Shown piece by piece: positions 1 to 11,975 of a DNA stretch of 64,000 nt. A model generated the notes under the pieces. That model made no database searches and was not told the DNA's origin. It was given only the letters and a program-made list of their open reading frames with translations. Position numbers and translations under genes: made by a program. Numbering within the stretch: position 1 is the stretch's first letter; each line of letters opens with the position of its first letter. Source of the stretch: an uncultured Planctomycetaceae bacterium (GTDB taxonomy: Bacteria > Planctomycetota > Planctomycetia > Isosphaerales > Isosphaeraceae); the NCBI GenBank assembly GCA_963833985.1, contig CAWIAD010000001.1, positions 2,592,001 to 2,656,000 of the forward strand. Reading direction: 5' to 3'.

Positions 1-1491
1 GAGCCTGGAGACCGTGGCCGGCGTCACCTCATTGCCCACGGGCAGCACCACCTCGACAATGCCGATGCCTCCGAGCTTGGACTCCACCGTGCCGTAGTCG
101 CGGACGACCCGGGTCGTGGGCCGGAAGAGGTTGATGTAGTTCGTCTCGTAGCGGAGACGGAGCATGCCCAGCGAGAGCGGCACGACCACAAGCGCCACGC
201 CGCAGAGGATCAACCGCGGATGGCGGAAGACCCAGAAGGTGAGCCGGTTCATCCCGGCGCTGACGCGTGACTTCGAGCCCTCGCGGACGGGGATCTCCAT
301 GGGGAAGGGAGGAATCATGGCGATCGGCGAGATGGCCATGACCAGGATGGCCGAGCACAGGGTGCAGATGCCCAGGATGGCGCCGAACTGCTGGACGGGT
401 ATCAGATTGCTGGTGATCAGCGCGCCGTAGCCGATGGCGCCGGTGATGGCCGTCCAGACGATCGGTGCGGCCACGCTGCGCAGCGTGAGCCGGCCCGCCT
501 GCGCGGGGTCGGCGTGCTTGCGGCGGTCATCGCGGAAGTGGATTGCCAGGTGGCTCGCCGCCGGCATCGTCAGCACGATGATCTGCGCCACCAGTGGACC
601 GCCAGATAGCGACAGCTTGATATGAAACACATGCAGGATCGTTTCGGTCGCCAGCCAGATCGTCCAGCCGGCGACCATGGGGACGATCGCCCACCAGACG
701 CTGTGCACGGCCGAGAGGGTCACCAGCGCGATCAGAACCATGCCCACCACCGCCAGCCGCCGGCCGTCGACCTCGATGGCCGCGAAGCCGTCGGCCAGGA
801 GCACCGGCGGCCCCACCACGGCGGGACGCCCCAGACCATGGCGAGCGGCGAACGAGTCAGCCGCGGCGCGCAGCTTCTCGACCGTCCTGATCACGTTGTG
901 CTGCTCGGTCTTCTTGAGTCGTACCACGACGGCCGTGGTCTTTCCCGTGTGGTCGATCAGCGTTCCCAGGAACAAGGGGTGCCGGATCAGCCGTTCCTGG
1001 ATCGCCGCACGCCCGGCCGCGTCGGCATTGCGGACCGCCCCTCCCACGGTGAGTGCGTTGGTCTTCAGATCGACGTTCTTGATCGTCCGCCGCGCCGTGT
1101 TCAAAGCCAGGTTCCGTGCCAGCGCCGGCAGCCGGTCCAGCGTGATCAGCACGTCGTCAATCGCCCAGACGAGCGGCATGGCGTCGAGCGACTCGACCCG
1201 CAGCACGCCGTCCAGCTTGTCGGGACTGACGGCCGCGGCCAGCTCGGCCACGCGCTCGAGCCCTTGCGGCGTGATCAGCTCCGGGTCGTCGTAGGCCAGG
1301 AACACAAAGTTGTCGTCTCCGAAGGAGCTGGCCGCCTTCTGGTACACGGCCATGTCCGGATCGTCCTCGGCGAAGAACGAGCCGATCGACTGCTCATAAC
1401 TGACCTTCTTGCCGAAGAGTACCAGCAGGACCAGGAGGGTCATGGTGGCCGCGGCCGTCAAGTAGCGGAAGCGCAGCAGGAACGAGATCAC
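1..1491 (-). CDS. MMPL/RND-superfamily membrane transporter (3' end runs off the window)
   Basis: Not in the ORF track because it is open at the window edge. Manual translation from GTG 1491 gives MISFLLRFRYLTAAATMTLLVLLVLFGKKVSYEQSIGSFFAEDDPD...FGDDNFV...VVGPPVL, then several TM helices: MMPL layout. Confidence 0.8.
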   Translation of the reverse strand, partial: MISFLLRFRYLTAAATMTLLVLLVLFGKKVSYEQSIGSFFAEDDPDMAVYQKAASSFGDDNFVFLAYDDPELITPQGLERVAELAAAVSPDKLDGVLRVESLDAMPLVWAIDDVLITLDRLPALARNLALNTARRTIKNVDLKTNALTVGGAVRNADAAGRAAIQERLIRHPLFLGTLIDHTGKTTAVVVRLKKTEQHNVIRTVEKLRAAADSFAARHGLGRPAVVGPPVLLADGFAAIEVDGRRLAVVGMVLIALVTLSAVHSVWWAIVPMVAGWTIWLATETILHVFHIKLSLSGGPLVAQIIVLTMPAASHLAIHFRDDRRKHADPAQAGRLTLRSVAAPIVWTAITGAIGYGALITSNLIPVQQFGAILGICTLCSAILVMAISPIAMIPPFPMEIPVREGSKSRVSAGMNRLTFWVFRHPRLILCGVALVVVPLSLGMLRLRYETNYINLFRPTTRVVRDYGTVESKLGGIGIVEVVLPVGNEVTPATVSRL

Positions 1492-2063
1492 GGCAGGTTC
1501 GTGCCTCTGGGGTGGACCGGCAGGCCGGGCGAACGGGCACGCCGGAGACACTCAGCCTAACGCCCCGGCCCTCGTTCCGCAGCGCATTCTTGGAAAACCA
1601 ATCCCCCAGGCTCTCACTGCTCAAGAGCGATCGTCTTGAGCCGGAGCCTGCCCCGCTTGAGCTCGATGACCGCCTGTGGTGCGGCGGGGCACTGCGGGGC
1701 GCACAATGGATTACGCCGGCCAGGACACCACTTCGAGCACGAGCCTCCCGAACGCTGGCCTTCCGATCGTCGGTACCGCTGGTCCTGAGGCACTGCGTCG
1801 GCACGTGCATCGGAAACAGCTTCGCCGATGCGCAGGTGCCTGGTGAATAGTGTCGTGGAGACGAGGGTCTCGCTGCCGTGCTACCTCCGCCGGCCTCGCC
1901 ACCAGGTGATGCGGCGTCAGGGCAGACCGCGGCCAATCGCCGCGAGGGGCGTGCCTCGATACCATGGATCCTGGCCTTGAGCAGCATGGTCCCGGCATCA
2001 AGGCGCCCAGCACCGGCGCGAATTTCCGATACGCCCGACCCTGCCGGCAGAGGAGTCCGCGAC

Positions 2064-3885
2064 ATGTCGAGCGAGGAATGGGCGCCTGCGGCGGCACGGC
2101 GAATCGCGAGCGCCGCCAGATCCCTCCTGAGCATGCGTCATCTCCCGATCATCGCGGCATTGCTGTCGGTACTGCTGGCGCTGCCGGCGATAAGTGTCGG
2201 GTGGATCCTCGACGACTACTTTCATCGGACGATCCTCCTCGAACGGCCACACTTCCAGGCCCTGCTCGGCCCACCGTCGGACATGTTCCGGTTCTTCCAT
2301 GGGGATCCAGTCCGCACGGGCCGTCTCATGGACCTCGGATTGTTCCCCTGGTGGACCGACCCGATCCTCAAGGCGGAATTCCTCCAGGCCCTGACGGTTC
2401 TGACCCATCGCCTTGATTACGCGCTCTGGCCGGACTCCGCGGTGCTCATGCATCTTCACAGCCTGTTCTGGCTCGGCGCCGCGGTGGCCGCCACGGCGTG
2501 CTTCTACCGACGGTTGCTTGGTCCGGACTGGGTGGCGGGCGTCGCCTCCTTACTTTTCGCGCTGGACGACGCGCGGCCCCACCGTCGGTTTTCTGGCCAA
2601 TCGAAACGTGCTCGTGGCCGCGACCTTTGGCGTCTCGGCCCTGATCGCCCACGACCGCAGCAGGCGCGACGGCTCGCGAGCCGCCGGGGTACTGGCCCCG
2701 CTGCTGCTCATGGCCGCCCTGTTCTCCAAGGAGGAGGGAATCGGGACATGCGCCTACCTGGCCGCCTATGCGCTGTGCGTCGACCCCGAGGGGAAGCGCC
2801 GCGGTTGCCTGGCGCTCTGGCCTCATGTCCTGGTGGTCGTTGCCTGGGCAAGCCTCCGGGCCTACTGGGGCTACGGCGTCCGTGATATGGGCCTCTATAT
2901 CGACCCGTTGACTGATACCGCGCGCTTCCTCGCGGCCGCGGCCGTCCGCTTGCCGATGCTCCTGCTGGGCCAGTGGACCCCGGTTTCACCGGACCTGGCC
3001 ACCGTGCTGCCTGCGCGGATCTCCAACGTCCTATGGTGGTTCGCGCTGACGTTCCTGGGGGTGCTGCTGTTCGCGATGGCTCCGCTCCTCCGCCGCGATC
3101 CCCGGGCGCGGTTCTGTGCGGTGGGTATGCTTCTGGCGGCGATCCCCGTGAGCGCCACAATCCCGATGGATCGGTTGCTCACCTTCGTCGGCATCGGCGC
3201 CGCTGGCCTGCTGGCCCAGTTCTGGGCGTTCGTCTTCGTCGCCGAAGACGCTCCGTCGGACTTCCGCTGGCGGGTCCCGGCGAGGGCGCTGGCGTGGTTC
3301 CTCGTGGCCGTGCACGCGGTCATCGCTCCGATCATCCTTCCCTGGCGGGCAGCCAACCCCCTGGGGTCGCAGTGGGCCGAGAGGCGTCTTTACGTCCAGA
3401 CCGCGCTGGGATCGTCGCTGGAGGATCGGACCGTGGTGATCGTGAACGCGCCGAGCCCGGTAAATGCAAGTTATCTCATCCTGCGCCGGGAAGTGGCTGG
3501 ACAGTCCATACCGCGGCACACCCGCGTCCTGGCGCCCGCTGTCCCCTCCGTGATGATCCGCCGCCTGGACGAGCGGACGCTGGCGATCAAACCCCGGAAC
3601 GGCTACCTGCGATGGGCCCTCGACCGAGTGTTCCGAAGCGAGCGGCGACCCTTCGAAGTCGGTGAGCAGGTACGCCTCACGGGGATGACTGCCACGATCA
3701 GTTCCCTGACCGCCGATGGCCGTCCCGACGAGGCAAAGTTCCGGTTCGACGTGCCCCTGGAGTCGCCCTCCCTGCTGTGGCTCTGCTTCCGCGGCGACGG
3801 TTTTGAGCCGTTCACGCCTCCAGCCGTGGGCCAGGAAGTCGAGATTCGCTTCGACTGGAAGGCCTTCCTGTGGCCCGCCGCGTAG
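2064..3885 (+). CDS. Polytopic membrane protein, GT-C/PMT-like glycosyltransferase candidate; frameshift at ~2572
   Basis: ORFs 1878..2885 and 2413..3885 join at gacgcgcggcccc (2 nt missing). Motifs GWILDDYFH after TM1, FLANRN and LFSKEEG; many TM segments; AGGAG upstream of ATG 2064. Confidence 0.6.
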
Positions 3886-4351
3886 GCCGAGACCGGCTCG
3901 ATGAGTGACTCGAGCGCGAGCGCGGCACATTGATATCGCCCGATGCACTGGCGCACGAGCTGGAAGCCGTGATCAACGCTCGTCCTCGAGTTGCGCCGCG
4001 GAGCCCCAACTCCCGAGTGCCCCGCGCACCCGGCAATGAGTGCGATCCTTGCCAGCCCTGGTTGTCACCCGTGAGTGACCGATCAAGCGGTCCGCGCCTG
4101 GTCCGCCCGCATTCAGCTTCATAAAAACTGACCCGGATGATCACTCTGCTCGACGCCTTCCCGCGTGCATTCACCTAGAAAAGCGAGGGCTGCGTTGCAC
4201 GCTCGCTGCTTGTTTCCGGATTCCATCCTGTAGGCATGGCACTGACCTTTGTTTTTCGGGATGCTTCGCCACCGCTTGCTCTCCATGAGGTTGCGAAGCG
4301 CTCACCTCGAACGAAGCCAGTCTCAATCGGGTCGTCCGCGGGAGGGGAGTG

Positions 4352-7300
4352 ATGGCTCAGCAATTCGAGCTTGCGTCATTGTCCGGGTGGCTCCTGGCGC
4401 TTTTCGCCCTGCTGGGGATTGGCACCCTTCGCGGAATCTCCATCCTCGACCAGCAGGAGCCGTCAAAAAGCTCCGCCGGACCTGAGAGCCAGGCGCCGGC
4501 TTCTCCGAAGAGCTCAAGCCCTCCCCCTGCCGGCAACTGGGAGGACCAAACACTTCAGCCGCTTATTGACCATTTCCAGGTTGATGGTGAGAACACCGTC
4601 AATGCCGATCAGCTGCTCACGCGCCTCGGTCAACCCGGGTCACCTCCCATTCTGACCTTGATCGCGAGCATGCCCGACCCCGACCAGAGCTCGAACCGTC
4701 ATCGGTTTGATGAATGGATCGGTGCCCTTCAGCGTGCCGTGGAATCTCAAGATTTCGTGCTCGACTCATTCCGGACGGTGGGACCCGCTACGCCCACCGT
4801 CAACTCGCCTACCCCGTCCCCGACGGCAACGGAAGCACCTCGAGGCGGCCCTCGACCGCCGGCTGCGACGGCGGGTGTTGTCCCCGAGGCTGATCGGACC
4901 TGCGCGGATGTGCGGGTCGGCCGTCTGCCCGGACTTTTCGTGTTTCGCAAGGCTCCGAGAACTCAGGGAGCCGCACCAGATGCAAGCCGTCCGGCGGAGC
5001 AACTCTTCACCGAGGCGTGCGGCGCCGGACCGGAGGCACGCGCAACGCTGCTCCTGGTCTTCATTGTCCCCGAGACGCCCACCGCCGGCCTGGACAAGGT
5101 CATCCTGAGAAAGTGCCTTGAGCTGGTGAAGAAGCTGGACGCACTGCCCCCGAACCATGGTTCATTCGCCCAGGGCACCGCGTTTCATTTGCTCGCCCCC
5201 ACGTTCTCCGGAGGCCAGGCTTCGCTGCACCAGGTGCTGGTCGATTGGGCGAATCACCATCTCGGGCCAGCCGACCAGTTTCATCTCATTTCGGGGACCG
5301 CGATGGAGGTGGACGCGGCTCTGCTCGCCCGGAATGTGTCTCCGCACAGCGTCGAGTTTCACGCCACCACCCACCGCAACGAGGATGTCGAGGGGGCAAT
5401 CCTGAATTATCTTGATCCAGGCGGGACCTCCAGAATCGCCATGCTCCAGGAGTCCAACACGTCGTTCGGCGGCGAGTCACGATCCCGGAGCTTCAGAGGC
5501 GCGATCGCGGCAGACAATCGGGAGGCGAATCACGATCAGCGCTTTGTCTACTACCCCTTTCCGCTCCACATCTCCAAGCTGCGCGGCTCGTACGAACGGA
5601 GAGGCCTGTTCCACAGTCGTCAGAACCCGGCGCTTCGAACTGCCGAGCAGCTCACGGTCCCTTTCGGCGAGCTTGACAACGCGCGTGATCTCATCGAGCC
5701 TCAAACCCCACTCTTCACGACCGCGGTGGACGAATTGACGCTCGATCAGATCTTGACGGACATCAATCGTCAACAGATTGACAAGGTCGGCATCGTGGCC
5801 ACGGACCCTCTGGACACCATTTTTCTCGCCAGGGAGGTCAGGCGGTTTCGCCCCGACGCACAGATTTTCACGACCCAGGGAAACCTGCTCTACACTCATC
5901 CCGAATTCATCTCGGACCTCCGGGGAATGATTGTCGGCTCGACGTACCCCCTGTTCCCATCCAACCAGTCATGGAGCTACACGTATCAGCGTGATCAAAC
6001 TCACGCGTTCTTCGTGAGCGACAACGCGCAAGGCGTCTATAACGCCGTGGTAGGGCATCTCGCGGAGATCTTCAAACGCCGGTCGGAGTTGCGCGGGGTG
6101 AAAGAGCCGAACTTCCTGGAGTATGGCCAGCCCTTCGTGCCGCCCCACTCGGGATTCAACAAGCCGCCGATCTGGATCAGCGTCGTTGGATATCGGGGAC
6201 TCTATCCATTGAAGGTGATCAGAACCAAGGAGAATCAGGGCGAAGAGAAATACTTGCTCGACGTCAGATCATTGCTCTCGCAACCGGAACCGCAACCGAA
6301 CGCGCTGCCTGACTGGGAGGCGCGGCATTTTGCTCCCCTGTGCACTCCCGCCTGGCGCGTGCTCTTCTGGACCGTCAGTGCACTGAGCGCGCTGCTTTCA
6401 CTGGTCGGGATCCTCATCCTTGTATGGACGTGGGAGCGGAATCCGACCGCCGCAAGCACCGAGACACGGCCAGGCGCGACTGTCGCCACGGCGGCACGGA
6501 GCGGGGTCGCGAGTCACCTTGCGAAGCTGCGATCCTTCCTGAACTGCGCCCGGCGCGAAGCTGCCGGCAACAGTGGGAAGTCCCTGCCATTGACTGGACC
6601 TGGCCTGTACGCCCCCTTCTTCTTCCTGCTTCTGCTCACGGGCTATGTCGCCTTGACGCTTCCCCTGTACCGGCTGGTCATGATTCCGTGGGTCGCCTTG
6701 GAACCATTTTCACGGGCGCCTTCCTGCTTCCGGCTTGCTCTGGGGGCATTCTTCACCACGGCCCTGATTGCGGTCGCCATGCTGGCAACCCTGGCCGCGG
6801 CAGCACGCCCCGCCGTCCTCACGATGATCCCGGACCTGAGAATGGCAAGCTGGACACGTGGAAGGCGCCGGCGCTGGTCGCGGGCTGCCTCGTCGGCCTG
6901 GTGCTGTTCCCCGCCACCGTGCTGGCATTCGGCCGCGCGAACGAAGAACCGTTGCCGAACCTGTACCTGTACGCACCAAGCCAGGCGACGATGGATAGCC
7001 TGCTGCGGTTCGCGCGCATGAATTCGATCACCAGCGGCGTGTCACCGATGATCACGATGCTTCTTCTGTTCCTTGCCCTCTTCAGCTGGCTCTATGCTCA
7101 GCTCCGCCGTCGGGCCGTCGGGAATCGCGGCCGGCAGGAAGGGATCCGCAGACCCTGCTGCTCCGAGGGATACTGGGGTACCATTTGCGACATCATCGAC
7201 CAGCGCAGGCGCTACGAGGAAGCACTCAGCACGCCGTGGCCGTGGGTTCTGGCCCGCCAGGTGAGCTGGGCGTACTCGGTGGTAGTCCTGGTGTACGGCT

Positions 7301-8359
7301 TCTACTTCCTGAGCCCGGCGGTTTTTCGTTTCTCTGCGGTGGCGCTCGGTGATTATTCCTCAATGGATGGCCCGGTCTTCGAGCTCAGCTTTCAGGCGTT
7401 CTACCTCGTCCTGCTGGCACTTCTGGTCTACCACGCATTCCGTCTCATGATCCTCTGGAACTGGCTTCACTCGCTGATGAAGACCGTACTCCGCCTGCCG
7501 CTCCTGCACGCGCTCGATCGGATGCCTCTGCGAGTCGCTCGCTGGTTCTTCGAGCCGGCAAACGGCAACCACGATCGGGATGAGCTGATCGATCAGCAAG
7601 TCACCGCGCTCAAGGCGCTTCACGACGAGCAGTGGTGGAGCGAGTTCAGCACATTTCGCGCAGCGCCCGGAAGGCTGGAAATGGCAAGGGCTCACAAAAC
7701 AGCAACTTCATGATCGGGAAAAGATGGAAAAAGCGTTGAGCGACCCTCATGATCCTGCTTCACGCCAGGCAATCATGTCCATCCTGGTCGCCTCATGGGA
7801 GGGGGTCCCGGTCACCACGGCCTTCTCGGAGAAGGAACATCAGGTCTCTGGATCCGCGGCTACCCTGGTGCGCGGGGCACTGCCGGCTCCGGTCGCGGAA
7901 GCGTCCAGCGCTCATCCAGTCGCCAGAGCGGGCAGGGGCCTCCAGGAATGGGGCCGCCGCGCCGAGGACCTGATGGCGATCTTCTTCCTGCGCTGGCTGG
8001 CCGCAGCGCTCTGCCAGATCTGGATCCTGCTCGGATTCCTGGTCGTGGGCTCCCTCTCGCTGCTCATGGCCGTGAGCTCCTACCCGATCCCCTATCAGAG
8101 CCAGGCCATCTTCGGTCTCAAGCTGCTCATCGCCTTGCTGGCCGTGGTCATCGGCTGGATTGTCGTGGGGCTGAACCGGGATGAGCTCATCAGCCGGATC
8201 TCGAACACCACGCCGAACCAGTTGACACTCGACGGCAACCTGCTCTCCAGCCTCTTCACCTACGTAATTCCGCTTCTGGGAATTCTCGTGGTGTTCTCCT
8301 TCGACGCCTCGGACATGATCCGGGCACTGCTCGACCCGATTCTCCGGCAGCTGCGTTGA
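4352..8359 (+). CDS. Large uncharacterised membrane protein (extracytoplasmic domain plus multi-TM C-terminus); frameshifts at ~6810 and ~7660
   Basis: Three consecutive ORFs (4349..7021, 6340..7713, 7724..8359) form one continuous architecture: N-terminal TM, ~600-aa soluble domain, roughly ten hydrophobic segments. GGAGG upstream. Confidence 0.7.
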
Positions 8360-8391
8360 GCCGCGGACGTTCGGGGTGCGGCCCTGGCCGA

Positions 8392-9876
8392 TCAATGGCC
8401 GAAGGCCCACTGCTGAACTTCCCGGAACAGCCCGAAGACGCTGTACGCCGCGACGGCGGTGATGCCGAAGAAGGCGAGCCAGGTGAACAGGTCCGTGAGG
8501 AAGCCAGGGCCGACGCGGCGATCATCGTCGCGGCCGCGGAGATAGAGCGTGGCGCCGGCGATCAAGGGGAGCATGAGCGCCTGGGCGATGCCGCCCGCCT
8601 TGATCAGACCCTGCGGCTCGCGGAAGGCGTAATACAGGCCCAAAGCCAGTATGGGGTAGACCACGCAGAAGAGTCGCACCACGCGCTCGCGGCCGCGATG
8701 ATCGGCAGGTCGCCAGATGCCCGCCAGCAGCAGGAAATCAGCCGTGAGCCGGCTGTTCGCCGCCGTGGCAACATAGAGCGTCTTGAACAGAACCGCCCAG
8801 GCGCCCAGCAGGAAGCCGACTCGGGTCAGTCCGCGCAGGCCCTGAAGCGCCGTGCCTTCCAGCGGCCCGAGGTACATCTTCGAGAGCGTGGGAATCATCT
8901 CCGAGCCCTGCGGATCCAGGCCCTGCGGATGCAAGACCGCGGCCCCCAGAAGATAGAAGGCCACCGTCGCAATGGTGAACACGGCCATGCTGAACCAGGC
9001 ATCGAATTGCATCACCCGGATCCAGCCGCGGGCGCGGCGGACCCAGCCGTCGTCGGCCGTGCGCGGCCCCGCACTGCGGGCATAACCCTTCTCGATGCAC
9101 CAGTAAGGATAGGCCACCAGCTCCGAGGCGCCGACGCCCGTGATCCCGAACGCCGAGAACGCCAGCGCCAGCGCCGAGGCGGGAAAGCTGAAAGTCAGAC
9201 CCTGCCGGAGGTCGGGCCACGTGATCCGGAACCGCGTCCATTGCAGGATCACCACGCTGACCACCGTGAACAGCGTCACACCTGCCACCAGGATGGTGGT
9301 GATGGTCTCCAGCCGCTTGTACCCCCCCGAAAGCAGCAGCAGGACGGCAGCCACGGTGGTGAGCCCGGCCCAGATATATTCCTGTCGTGTGGCCAGGAAG
9401 GAACCCCATGCGGGAACCACGGCGCCCGCGGCGTTGGCCAGGATGTGCGAGATACCCGGAAAGGCCATATGAGCCGCCTGGCCGACGGTGCCCTCCATGG
9501 CGGCAATCTGCGCCTGGGTGGTGAGCATCATCACCAGCCAGAGCCAGCAGATCCAGGCGGTTCCCAGCCGGGGGCCGGGTAGCGTGTCGAAGGCCGCCAG
9601 CGTGGTCTTGCCGTGGGTGATGGCGTATCGGCCCAGTTCCACCTGGACGAAGACCTTGATCACGCACGAAAGCACGATCAACCAGAGCAAGGCGAAGCCG
9701 GCCCGGGCACCCAGCCCCGTCGTGTTGATCAGTTCTCCCGTGCCCACGATCGACGCCGCCAGGATCAGGCCCGGGCCAAGCTGGCGAATCGTGCCCCCCA
9801 GCGTGCGCGGAGGCTCGCCGATGGCGTCGGCCGGCAGGGCGTAGAGGTCCTCGGGTGGCTGCGCCGGTTGGCTCAT
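8392..9876 (-). CDS. NRAMP-family (MntH/YcsG-like) divalent metal transporter
   Basis: LGPGLILAASIVGTGELI N-terminal motif, GITGVGASE...YPYW, about 11 TM helices. Confidence 0.8.
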   Translation of the reverse strand: MSQPAQPPEDLYALPADAIGEPPRTLGGTIRQLGPGLILAASIVGTGELINTTGLGARAGFALLWLIVLSCVIKVFVQVELGRYAITHGKTTLAAFDTLPGPRLGTAWICWLWLVMMLTTQAQIAAMEGTVGQAAHMAFPGISHILANAAGAVVPAWGSFLATRQEYIWAGLTTVAAVLLLLSGGYKRLETITTILVAGVTLFTVVSVVILQWTRFRITWPDLRQGLTFSFPASALALAFSAFGITGVGASELVAYPYWCIEKGYARSAGPRTADDGWVRRARGWIRVMQFDAWFSMAVFTIATVAFYLLGAAVLHPQGLDPQGSEMIPTLSKMYLGPLEGTALQGLRGLTRVGFLLGAWAVLFKTLYVATAANSRLTADFLLLAGIWRPADHRGRERVVRLFCVVYPILALGLYYAFREPQGLIKAGGIAQALMLPLIAGATLYLRGRDDDRRVGPGFLTDLFTWLAFFGITAVAAYSVFGLFREVQQWAFGH

Positions 9877-10132
9877 TCTGCCTCGCAGTCGAGCGGTGGG
9901 TCGGGCCGACAAAGTGTGGCCCGCTATCCTACGCCATGATTTCTTCACCTTGCAAAGGGCGGGTGCCTGATTGTCGCATCCGGACCGGCCGCGTCGATCC
10001 AGACCAGCGCATGCTCAGCCGCCGTCGCTTTCGGGAAACGGTCCGCCGGACGCTTGCGGTTGTCTCAGCCCCCCGGCCTAGCCTTGATTGTGCAACAGGG
10101 CCTGAACCCATCACGCGGCGAGGAACTACGGT

Positions 10133-11466
10133 ATGCCCGGGTTGATCCTGGCTCGATCACAGATGCGGCGTGGGAGTGAGCTGGTCCTGGGTTCCAGCGT
10201 CTTTACGCCGCTCTCGGGATCGTATTGCGAGCTGACGTTCGTGGTCGGCACGGCGGCCACGAGGCTCAGCGATCGGAGCAAGAGCCGGGCCAGCCCGGCC
10301 AGCCGCGTGAGCGAGGTTCCCTCATCGGCGGCGCCGCTTGCGGATTCGATCCTCGAGCCAGGCATGCGGTTCGGCCCGTACCGGCTGATCCGGCGGCTGG
10401 GCAGCGGTGCTCAGGGCGATGTCTGGAAGGCGCGCAGGCATCATCCCAGGAGCGACATCATCGCGCTGAAGGTGCTCAGTCCCGCGCTGGCGAAACTGCC
10501 GCACCGCCTGGCCCAGTTCCGCCGTGAAGCGGAGCGCGGGGCCAAGCTGGCGGGGCCGTCACTGCTGCCAATCTTCGAATTTGGCGAGATCGAAGGCGTC
10601 CATTACATGACCATGCCACTCGTCGAGGGAACCACGCTCCAGCAGGTGATCAAGCGCCGCCGAGCCCACCAGCGCGGTCAAACGGTCCATCTCGTCCATC
10701 CGCTCGTGGCCATGGAGCAAGAACTCTATGTGCCGGCGGCGGCGCGCGTGCTCTCCCGGGCCGCGCGGCGCTGGGCCAGATTCATGATTGCCACGTGGCG
10801 CACCGCGACGTGAAGCCGGCGAATATCCTGCTCGACGGCCGGCCGACCGGCGGCGTCTACCTCTGCGACCTGGGGCTGGGCCGCGACCTGGAAATCGCCA
10901 CGTCCGAGCAGATGCGCGACGGCGCGGGTACGCCCATGTACATGGCGCCCGAGCGGCTGCTCAAGGCGCCGGCCAATGAGATCCTGTGCGATATCTACTC
11001 GCTGGGCGTCACGCTTTTTGAGACCCTCACACTGGCCCGCCCGTTCGATGTCGCCGGCGACCTGCCGCTCGCCTGTCTTTCAGCCAGGCTAGCCGTGGCC
11101 GAGCCGCAGAGGCCCCGCAAGCTCAACCCTGAGATCCCTTCCGAGCTGGAGGCGATCATCCTCAAGGCGATGGGGAGGAACCCGGGCCAGCGGCACCAGT
11201 CCGCCTACCACCTTGCGGGCGAGCTGGAATCGTTCCTTGAGGGCCGCAGCGAACGTCACGGACGGCCGTTTGCAACACCGGCGAAGCCGGGCATCCCGCC
11301 GCCTCACGTCGCGGTCGTGGCGCAGGCCCCCGCGCCAGGCCGCACACCGATGGCAACGGCATCGGCCCCCGAGCACGCACTGATTGGGCTGGAAAGTTGC
11401 CGACCTTACGTTCGTGAACTAGGGTTCCTACAGAGCCAGACGGCCCGCTTTCCCCGCCAGTCTTGA
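10133..11466 (+). CDS. Hanks-type Ser/Thr protein kinase, soluble; frameshift at ~10768; start uncertain
   Basis: LGSGAQGDVW, ALK, FRREA in the first ORF; HRDVKPANILL, DLG, GTPMYMAPE, DIYSLG in the second. One missing G restores ARALGQIH. Confidence 0.85.
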
Positions 11467-11690
11467 TCCGTTTCGGATCGTGCCGGACCGTCTCAGCCTT
11501 CCTGTCGACATCGTCGCCATTGCCGGAGCTTCGGCCATGTGGGTGATCTTCGTGAAGCTGTTTTCTCCCGCCCCCTGGTGGCTCGAGCCCCGGCCGCAGA
11601 CGGTCCCCAAGACGAATCCACGGCCCGCCCCGCTTGCAAGGCCGCGCTGAACCGGTCCGTCACACCGGGGAGGGCGCCAGGCGGGTCCGG

Positions 11691-11975
11691 TCAGCCTTCG
11701 GTCACCGGGCGGAATTCTCGGTCGATGATGACCCAGCGGCCCGGAATCTCCTCCTTGCCGATGCGTAGGTCCCAGACCGCCAGGCCGGAGCCGTCGTACG
11801 TGCGGCAGGAGGCTTCGCCGATGGGCATGGGAAGATCGGGCGCCTCGAGAACGCCGATGGACCCGGGCACATCGCCGTAGCGCACCGGGCCGTCATGGCT
11901 GATGTGCGCGAAATACCTGGGCTTCGCCACGGGGTGAGCCGTGAAACCTGGCGACGCGGACGGCAGCGGCTTCAT
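11691..11975 (-). CDS. Small hypothetical protein
   Basis: 94-aa ORF with natural composition, overlapping the stop of the upstream gene by 4 nt (ATGA). Confidence 0.6.
   Translation of the reverse strand: MKPLPSASPGFTAHPVAKPRYFAHISHDGPVRYGDVPGSIGVLEAPDLPMPIGEASCRTYDGSGLAVWDLRIGKEEIPGRWVIIDREFRPVTEG

Noticed and set aside
1492..2063. Small ORFs between MMPL and the GT-C-like gene
   Set aside because: Overlapping ORFs on both strands with low-complexity translations and no clear SD; treated as intergenic.
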